The notes under the pieces were generated by a model. It had not been told where the DNA came from and ran no database searches. It saw only the letters and a list, made by a program, of their open reading frames with translations. From NCBI RefSeq assembly GCF_006345805.1, contig NW_021832878.1:1-29636 (forward strand): DNA of 29,636 nt. Reading direction: 5' to 3'. Of the stretch, positions 21,681 to 29,636 are shown in pieces. Numbering within the stretch: the first letter of the stretch is position 1; each line of letters starts with the position of its first letter. The DNA comes from Octopus sinensis. Lineage: Eukaryota. The position numbers were made by a program, and so were the translations under genes.

Positions 21681-21933
21681 AATCCCTATTGTGTTGAGGT
21701 GTCCAAAACAACTGAAGAGATTTTGGTGGATAGGAAAACAAACTCAATACCACAGAGAGCAGGTGTAAATTCATTTATATTTAATAATTACGATTTAACA
21801 CTTAAAACAAACCGGACTTGACGCCGTTTTAATAAAAAAAGACGTAAATTCGCAAAAATTGCCGTAATTTACGTCTTCACAAACAATATAAATACGTGTT
21901 TTGCGTTCTGCGGATGATAAATACTATTTTGAC

Positions 21934-22401
21934 ATGAGAACGTGTTTATATGAATTTCTAATTGAAAATTTGAATAAGAAGTGTCCATATCTCTCATGGA
22001 TTGGAATGTCGAATTCATTTCAAATCACCAATCCAGCAGAACTTGCACGAATGTGGGGGGAGTTGAAAAACAACCCTAAGATGACGGTTGACAAGTTCAA
22101 CCGCGTCTTAAGGTTGTATTACAACAACCCAAGAATCCTAAAAAGAGAAAAAGGGGAAAAAAATACCTATACTTTTTATGAAGAAGTTTGGGGAAAATAT
22201 CCCCCTTGTCAATTTTACGAGTGCTTCTCAAATGAATGTGAGCCTACTCTCAATAAATTTTATGACGACCTCTATTTTCAAGAATATGAAACTCCACAGC
22301 CTAAAAATTATAATAATTTTCTGGGATGGAGTTATGAAGAATATGAACCCCTATTTCCCCAATATTATGAAGATCTGTCCAAATTTGACTTCTATTATTA
22401 A
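21934..22401 (+). CDS. Divergent ETS-domain transcription factor, intronless, 155 aa
   Basis: LYEFLIENL...YLSW...FQITNPAELARMWGELKNNPKMTVDKFNRVLRLYY...TYTF matches the ETS consensus (LWEFL, W, VARLWG.RKN.P.M.YDKLSRALRYYY). The first ATG is at 21934; the ORF track starts at a TTG. Confidence 0.88.
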   Translation: MRTCLYEFLIENLNKKCPYLSWIGMSNSFQITNPAELARMWGELKNNPKMTVDKFNRVLRLYYNNPRILKREKGEKNTYTFYEEVWGKYPPCQFYECFSNECEPTLNKFYDDLYFQEYETPQPKNYNNFLGWSYEEYEPLFPQYYEDLSKFDFYY

Positions 22402-22662
22402 AATTCTTTATTCTTTAAATAAAATTTATATATATTAATTGTTACATTACAGACAATAGCAAATATTCGGTTAAATAAGTAATTATCGATTGATTATCGA
22501 TTTCCTAAACATCGATTTTTTCCTCAGATCTAACCCGGATTTATTGATTATCGATTATATATATTTTTATTGATTTTAGTTTTTTAAGTTTGTTAATTAA
22601 TAAAAAGAGTTTTTATTCCAATTGATTAGCACTAATTAACTAGTTAATACTATTTCAACAAT

Positions 22663-22866
22663 TTAATTAGCAGCAGAGGATAAGATGGAATGGCAATTCC
22701 CACGCAAAATGGCTATTGATATTTGTTGGAAAAGCCATGTCCGTTCCCGATGATCATTTCTCCTTCTGCTTGCCAGGTCCCCCAGTTTAATAAGGAATTT
22801 TTCAGTTCTGGGACCGACGACTCCCGACGTCTCCACTGCGATCGGGGCAAAGATATGACGGTGCAA
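22663..22866 (-). mobile_element. CRE-like 3'-terminal fragment with an open frame
   Basis: HRHIFAPIAVETSGVVGPRTEKFLIKLGDLASRRRNDHRERTWLFQQISIAILRGNCHSILSSAAN*. Confidence 0.85.
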
Positions 22867-23129
22867 GTTAATTAATTAAACTTTGTTAGATTGCTTTAAA
22901 ACAAAAACATTTTTCTGACTGGTTTGTTCTTACAGTTATTAATAAAAAGAAACTAATTAACTAGTTAATTCCTAACTCTCAAAGTGAAATTCATTAGAAT
23001 TGCCAATTTCTTTTACTTAATTAATTTACGTGGTGCTATTCAGTCCTTCGTCGGTTGCTAAAGTCTTTTCAGTTGTTGAGTTCTGCTGGTTGTCAAACAT
23101 AAAAGAGCAATAAAAAAACTTAGATTGTT

Positions 23130-23825
23130 GAAATCAACTTACATATATCAATATGATTGACAAAATTTTAAAACTGATTTGAATCTGGAAAATTTTATCA
23201 AATAGAATCTTTCCTTCAGGGACGTTGAAATTTGCTTTTATGTCTAATCCAAAATTGGAAATTTACATATTAATTCATTGTTGATAAGAACGCTATCTGC
23301 TCTTAGATCTCCATGGACCAAATTCTCCCGATAAATGTAATACATTTCACTTGCGACATAACAAAAACATTATTTAGGCTAAAGAAATCGACTTGTAGAA
23401 ACATATGTGCTAAAATGTTGACTTTGATGGTTTTTCTTTATCTTTTGTTGATTCATAAACTCCATCACCAATTTTGTTTTATTTTTGTCCATAAGGGCAA
23501 AGTATTTTTATAAGGTTTTTTTATGATTCAGTTCATGAAGAATTTAGCCTTTTCTATAAACTCGCGATCCTTTATCTTTTCGAGTAACAACTTTTATTAC
23601 TGACAAAACGTTCTATCAAAGAAAATATCTTATTTTCTTATGTAATAATTCTCGACTCTTTTGTTGTAAACAGTACAACTTTTAAAATGTTTGACGGCTA
23701 TGTTACGTCTTAACATGGAGAGACTCATCTTCCCATTTGAAGAAGGTCTTATCACAAATGCTCTCGGAACCTATTCTTTGGCAAAAAGAAGTCTCATTTC
23801 TACTTCCATTCTGCTACTAGTGATA
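23130..23825 (-). pseudogene. Decayed SH2-tyrosine kinase (Src/Frk-like) pseudogene
   Basis: SH2 region: SRMEVEMRLLF..RAFVIRPSSNGKMSLSM..VKHFK. Kinase region: REFIEKAKF, hinge VMEFM, VASEMYYIYRENLVHGDLRADSVLINNELICK, and a frameshifted NFGL. Several stops. Confidence 0.7.
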
Positions 23826-23977
23826 AAATAACCATGAAGCTTTTATTAATTAACTTGTAGTTATTTACTTTGTTGTTTGATTAAAAAGTTTGATTAAAAA
23901 GTTTAATTTAACTAAATTTAATAATTTTGAGATAAAAAACTCGTTGATTTCGCATTTCTTAATAATAAAATGGTATG

Positions 23978-24018
23978 GTGTGTGTCTGTCTGTCTGTCTG
24001 TGTGTCTGTCTGTCTGTG
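23978..24018 (+). repeat. (GT)n/(GTCT)n compound microsatellite
   Basis: gtgtgtgtctgtctgtctgtctgtgtgtctgtctgtctgtg. Confidence 0.95.
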
Positions 24019-24159
24019 CACACCCACATTCAAATTGTTACAAACCAGATCAAATTGTCAAAACCTTCCCTTTTGTAGTTATTCGATAATGAGGCACAAT
24101 AAAAGGTTGATATCCTCTAAGAACCTTCCTGTCAAAAAATTTTAATAAGAAAGAATATC

Positions 24160-24555
24160 CTCGATGATGAGGTCCCCCAAAACCTTCAAGTCAATTTTCT
24201 GCGTTTTTGTTAAAATGAACAACAAGAAAGTCCTCGACTCACATGATGTGGTCCCCCAAAACCTTCAAGCCAAAAAATTAAAAAAAATTATTTTCTGCGT
24301 TTTTGTTAAAATGAACAACAAGAAAGTCCTCGACTCACATGATGGGTCCCCCCAAAACCTTCAAGCTAAAAAATTAAAAAAATTATTTTCTGCGTTTTTG
24401 TTAAAATGAACAACAAGAAAGTCCTCGACTCACATGATGTGGTCCCCCAAAACCTTCAAGGTAAAAAATTAAAAAAATTATTTTCTGCGTTTTTGTTAAA
24501 ATGAACAACAAGAAAGTCCTCGACTCACATGATGTGGTCCCCCAAAACCTTCAAG
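24160..24555 (+). repeat. Tandem array of about 4 units of 95-96 bp
   Basis: GTCCTCGACTCACATGATG recurs at 24230, 24326, 24421 and 24516. Units are nearly identical and have no spacers. Confidence 0.97.
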
Positions 24556-25259
24556 CCTCGTGAGGCCATTAATTAGCTTAGCTATCTTTTTTCGATGACA
24601 TAAATTCTTTTTTGTTAAATTTTCGTTAAAAAAATAAAATAAAAGCTCTAATTGTTATCGACCATGAATACTGTGCAATTATCAGATTTTGAAAACCACT
24701 AAAAAGGAAAAAGCAAAATTATAGAGATTTACATAATTGATTCTTTTTAACTGCCGAAACTGACAAATTCGATTATGCTACTGTTTAGATTTCTTAAAAG
24801 ATAGAGGCAAATAAAATTTAAATTAGTCATGTAAATTTCAATTTGCCTATATTTAAATCTCCTTGATTTAACAGGCTTTAATTTTTTTCCTTATAATACT
24901 ACAAAGATGAAGCTGATTATCATTTTCTTTACCGAAACAGACAAGTTCGATTATGCTAAAGTTTCAATTCCTTTAAAACTAGAGGCAATTAAGTATAATG
25001 GCTTTGATTGGATAATACACTTACATAAATTTCACTAAATAAATTTACGTAGAAAATTTAATATATTACTGATTCGCGTTTACAAAATCATAAGAATGTC
25101 CTATAAAGAGAGATCTGAGAATGTTAACAAACAAGAGAATATGAACCATATAACAAAAAAAAGAAACGAGGAAGATGTGCTTAAATGGTGAGGGAACTTA
25201 GACAACAGCTGAACAAGGTCAGGACTGCTGTTAGACTCAACTACGGGTAATAGAATTAT

Positions 25260-26199
25260 GCATTCTAGGTTAATTGTTTGGGATGAATGTACGATGGCTC
25301 ATAAAGGCGCATTCAAGCAGTTGACCGAACATATAGAGATATCAAGAATTGTAGCGACCATTTGTTTGGGGGAGCATTAGTTGTATTGGCAGGTGATTTT
25401 AGACAGACGCTGCCATTATTCAAAGAGGGACGCCAGCGGATGAATTGAATGCCTGCCTCAAATCGTCATATTTGTGGACACACGTGAAAAAGGTTAGCTT
25501 AGATGTAAATGTACATGCACATTTACAAGGCGTTAATAGCATATTCCCACAAATCCTTCTAGATATTGGAAATGGGGCAATCACTTCAGAAATGCACGAC
25601 CAGAAAATTAGGCTACCGGAAGAATTATGTATTTTCGTAGAAACAGCAGAAGAATTATTGAATGCCGTCTATTCCGAACTATCTGAACACTACGTGAATT
25701 TCGACTGGCTGCGTGAACGAGCTATATTAGCTCCACTTAATGATGAGGTACTTAATATAAATTTAGATTTATTAATGAAAATCCCTGGCAGAGAAAGAAT
25801 ATATAAATCGGTCGACGTTATTATGGACCATGAAAGGGCCTGCGATAGATTTAAAGACTACAATTTCCGCTGAAGATAAGTTTTGCTATGACAATAAACA
25901 AGGCCCATGGACAGTCTTTAAAGGTAGTAGGCTTATTTTTAGAGAACGAGTGCTTTTCACATGGCCAGCTGTATGTGGGGTGCTCAAGGGTAGGTAGAAG
26001 AGAAATTTATTTATATTTGCCAAGGATGGACGGACTCTGCAAACATCGTTTATCCACAGCCTTAGAATAAGGTTATATCAAAGCAGGTCGCATTTATATA
26101 TCTACATAAATTTATAGTTATTTAAGGAAACTGCGAGCGTAGCGAGCAGGGCCTCCGCAGGAGCTAGCTCGCAGTGAGCGAAGCGAACTGCTGAGCTAG
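25260..26199 (+). mobile_element. Internally deleted Helitron: PIF1-type helicase remnant and intact 3' terminus
   Basis: Peptides LIVWDECTMAHK, FGGALVVLAGDFRQTLP, RAILAPLN and FAMTINKAHGQSL...FSHGQLYVGCSRV. The 3' end has a CTGCGAGC...GCTCGCAG inverted repeat and CTAG|T at 26196-26200. Confidence 0.9.
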
Positions 26200-26218
26200 T
26201 ATTAACTATATCCATTCT

Positions 26219-26762
26219 ATTCTGTTTCCTTTTTTTTTTTTTTTAATTTATTTTTTTTTTTGATGAAAACCAACCAATAACTACAAGTTAATTAATTAAA
26301 AGCTTCAAGTGCGGGAAGCCGACGCGATCGAGAAAGAATTAGAGCGTACTATCGCAAGGGATATCCGCTCGAAAAAACATCTCGATTCGCGGGCGTCGCC
26401 TGTGATGGCAGACATGCGGGATCCGATCTCCTGAACGAAGCTGATTGCCTTACTGCCCAAGGAACCGGAAGTCTCAACCGCGAATGGAAGGAATTGGAAC
26501 TTCTCCGTAAGTGAGGAGTACTTCCGCATCTTTTTGCATTCCGCGGTTGTGACAATAGATCCAGGAGCGGAGGCCGACATCAGCAGGTTCTGAGGCGAGA
26601 AAGAGTCCACACACGTGGCATCCCAGGTGAGAGGCTTCCCCCTGTTGAAAGGAAACACAGTTATCCCGTCAGGCCTTTTTCCGTCTCCCCGATCGATCCC
26701 AGTGGGTTCAAGCAGGGAGGGGATTCCGGCGACTTCCAGGGCTCTCTGAATTCTGTTTCCTT
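26219..26762 (-). mobile_element. 5'-truncated CRE-like retrotransposon insertion with poly(A) tail and 13-bp TSD
   Basis: The ORF ...GDGKRPDGITVFPF...WDATCVDSF...FAVETSG... is open to its stop at 26305-26307. Poly(T) lies on the + strand at about 26230-26261, and ATTCTGTTTCCTT occurs at 26219-26231 and 26750-26762. Confidence 0.92.
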
Positions 26763-27254
26763 GCATGTAAAAATATTTAATTTTTATTTATTTTGACCAA
26801 AACAAGTTTTTAATTAAAAAATAATTGACAATTTTAATTATAATCATTCATTGTGAAATTATATTGAGCAAAAGCTTGCTTGTTCTTGAAACCATCTAAA
26901 TATTAGTTGAATTTTTCGACTAAATTTTTTGAAGATTGCTAATTCGGGAAATTGCTGGTTGATATTCATATGATTGGTTGACATATAACAGACAGACTTT
27001 TTATATTTTAGGAAATGAAGATTTTGATTCCAAATTAAAAGTTGACAGAGTTTGCCTATTCAAACCTCGAGACAACTTGGGTCATTTCCGGTGGACTCTG
27101 AATTGTGCAATACTATATTCAACTAGTTGAAGGATGTTTGATGTGATAATTAATATATTTTGTGAGATTAGTTTTGTGACATAATTGTTTAATTACTTTT
27201 TTACTGCAATTCAATTCCAGTGAATAACAAAGAATTTTCTAAGTAGAATTAGAA

Positions 27255-27560
27255 AATAGAGATTTTCAAAATATGATGTTTCAAAAATATGGGGCGCAGT
27301 GCCAAAAATCGAGATCCACCATTCAATACCATCCACCTTGATCAGAAGAAAGTTAAATTACTTAAAAAGTGGCGAAGTCAGTCACCGGATTTAAACATTA
27401 TTGAGAACGTCTGGTGTATTTTTAAACAAATTGGGTGGAAGATTTACATTTTAATATAATGATTTGAACTTTTTAACAAGCTTGAAATGCCAATGCAAAC
27501 TCTTTCTCCGGATTAAAAAAGATGTATAGACCTTAAAAAAGTGGTAAAATTTACAAGTGA
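27255..27560 (+). mobile_element. Tc1/mariner transposase C-terminal remnant
   Basis: MFQKYGAQCQKSRST and KVKLLKKWRSQSPDLNIIENVW (the WPSQSPDLNPIENLW motif). Confidence 0.7.
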
Positions 27561-27871
27561 TATCCAATTGCTTCTGAAATTCACGGAAAAGAGGATATTT
27601 ATTAAAATTCGGCTTTGAAGAAAGAAATATTGTGCTTTTTTGTTTTATTATGCTAACTAGAATTCGTTACAATTATGAATTACGATGACAAAATTTTGAT
27701 ATCCAAAGAAGAGTCGAGTTATAAACGAAAGCAATTTTGTTCTTTTTTTATAATTGGAAGTGATAGCTAAAAACATTAAATTTTTAAATAATTTTTAAAA
27801 AATTTCTTAGAATTTCTAAAAAAAATATTTAAATTAATAAAGACTTATCACTAACTATTTTAAAATTTTAT

Positions 27872-29426
27872 ATGTATGGTGAACCGTTTTTCATATGGAA
27901 ATATCACGAATATATAGCCGCAGCATTGAATGCTCCATTATATCGCCTTCTGTTCGAGGTAATTTTGATCATCGGTTGCATATCTCTATTTTTTCAAAAA
28001 AAGCTACAAAATAAAAAGTGCTCTAACCAAAAAAGTATTTTATTTAACAAAAAAATTAAAGGAAGAAGAGGAACTAATCGAAGAATGGACTCCCACTCCT
28101 TTATTTACTGAGCACCTGTTCGCAAGAGACGCATAATCTCAAGGTACGAAATGTAGCTTATGTTCTAGTAAACCTGGTAAGCATATAACAGTTGATGGGA
28201 TTAAATGTATTAATTTTTCTTCCTATAATTTTATTGATCTTGCTGGGAATCCTGAATCAGAAGTATATTGATTTTCCTATTAATTCGCAGGAACAGGCTA
28301 TATCAATTCTATCAGAATGCGGCGTAGGAGTTGTGGACCTCGAGCATTTTATGGAACATTAGGTAAAATACCTACGCAATACATTATAGAATGCCATTTA
28401 CAATTGGAAGAAGAATTTGCTTTATTTATGGGAGCAGAGGCAGCTATTCTTTATTCATACTCTTGTTCTGTTATTATAAGTGTGCTTCCCTCGTGCATAC
28501 ACAGTGATGATGATGTGTTTTTGGACGAATCGTGTTCTCAATGGATCGCGTTTGGTGCCAAAACATCTCGAGGTCGCATTCATTTCTACAGACACCACGA
28601 TTGGGGCCATTTGGAACAGTTGCTAGCCGCAAGCCTTTCTCCGGGCAAGTTCATAGTGGCAGAGGGCGTTAATCAAAAACATATGGACATTCCTGATCTC
28701 CCCACACTTATCAGATTGAAATACAGATACAAAGCAAGGATCATATTGGATGAGAGCTATTCTATTGGTGTAATAAATCAGAGAGGACTTACTCAACTTT
28801 TTGAATGTGATGTAGATCATTATATTATGACTTTGACAGATTTCCCAAATTGATATGATTATTCTCTCTCTTGAAAATTCTTTTTCTTCCCTTGGTGGTC
28901 TTTGTATTGGCAGCTCATCAATTATTAATCATCAAAGACTTGCCGGGTCCGGCTATTTGTTTTCTGCCTCATCTCCTCCGATTACTGTTGCAGATGTGAT
29001 TGCAAAACTTCCTCTCCTATCTCAGGAATGGAGGTTTGTCAAATTATCTGAAAATACAGCATATTTGAGGAGTTTGTTCGAAAAATTGTTCTTTTTGTTT
29101 TTTTGAATTTTAGACTCCCAAAATTCGAAGTTGCTGGAGATAAGAACGTTCCGATTCTTCTGTTGAGACATGAAAATGTAGATTTGTTGGAGCATATTGT
29201 CAACCAAGCCATCTTTCAAGGCATTGCTTTGGTAATGGCATACCAAAGTCGTCCGTATTATCCTCAAATGGTGCCTTCTCCGCCAAGGTTTTGGTACTTT
29301 GCTTTATTTTCCAGCATAAAAATAACTGTTTCATATGCAATGGAATTCAAAGAACTTGATTCGCTTGTTTATACTATTTGTGATATTATCTCCTCATACG
29401 ATGAACCCATTTTAAATCATCTTTAA
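27872..29426 (+). CDS. SPTLC1: Serine palmitoyltransferase subunit 1 (LCB1), 8 exons
   Basis: Motifs: EEELIEEWTP, CINFSSYNF, GVG[S]CGPRAFYGT, EAAILYSY, LKYRYKARIILDES, SLENSFSSLGGLCIG, HQRLAGSGYLFSASSPP and PPSIKITV. Seven GT-AG introns of 25-28 nt. Three 1-nt frameshifts occur near 28000, 28112 and 28328. Confidence 0.93.
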
Positions 29427-29587
29427 TTCTCTGCATCTAATAAATTTCTTCTCTTATTTTTATTAAATAAAGTTTTGATTTCTGAAAAATCATTCCCAAC
29501 ATTCATGGGATTCAAGAGTTTAAGCCAGCAATAGTTGGATAAGCAAGTTAAGAGAACTAAAAATTTTAAAATTAATAAAAAGCGAAA

Positions 29588-29636
29588 CTAGTGGAGTTGA
29601 CCCGTCTGCGTGGGTTAATGTAAAAAGATCTTTGAC
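29588..29636 (-). mobile_element. Possible Helitron 3' terminus, with the element extending beyond the window
   Basis: The minus strand reads ACCCACGCAGACGGGT (hairpin), then 8 nt, then CTAG|T. Confidence 0.35.

Larger units (their letters stand above)
23957..24580 (+). mobile_element. Non-autonomous Helitron/HINE-like element (5' TC, microsatellite, tandem array, 3' hairpin)
   Basis: It starts TCTTAATAATAAAATGG, followed by (GTCT)n, a 95-bp array and the GC hairpin GCCTCGTGAGGC at about 24555-24566. The 3' CTAG is not canonical. Confidence 0.5.

Noticed and set aside
24160-24555. CRISPR-like appearance of the regular repeats, and ORF 24164-24409
   Set aside because: The units are contiguous and near-identical with no unique spacers, there are no cas genes, and the context is eukaryotic. 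The ORF is a by-product of the repeat.
2270-26762. Initial impression that all CRE-like copies share one orientation
   Set aside because: Three further copies (11550-11830, 14310-15800 and 18470-18610) are on the plus strand.

Overview
This is AT-rich eukaryotic nuclear DNA from an animal (it has an ETS-domain gene and an SH2-tyrosine kinase remnant). The tiny introns and divergent proteins suggest a highly reduced lineage such as a myxozoan or dicyemid; this assignment is inference. The ORF track is misleading because real genes are cut by ultrashort introns. By hand I spliced 42 introns in 9 genes, and 37 of them are GT-AG introns of only 22-33 nt. Reconstructed genes are TRIT1, MTX2, MMAA, a USE1-like SNARE, a BRI3-like protein, SNRPD1, SPTLC1, an intronless ETS gene, two convergent orphan genes and a weak MRPL46-like candidate. 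The first TRIT1 intron (891-943) is a 53-nt AT-AC intron with U12-type signals, which implies a minor spliceosome working beside a miniaturised major intron class. Intergenic DNA is a patchwork of decayed mobile elements: at least 7 CRE-like non-LTR fragments, LINE RT fragments, R4/NeSL-like fragments, hAT, pogo/Tigger, Tc1, Helitrons, a 95-bp tandem array and an 84-bp MITE with perfect TIRs and an 8-bp TSD. Five single-base frameshifts in conserved genes all fall in short homopolymers, so the assembly probably carries long-read indel errors. I found no rRNA, tRNA, CRISPR array or prokaryotic system. All homology calls are from motif recognition by eye, not database searches.
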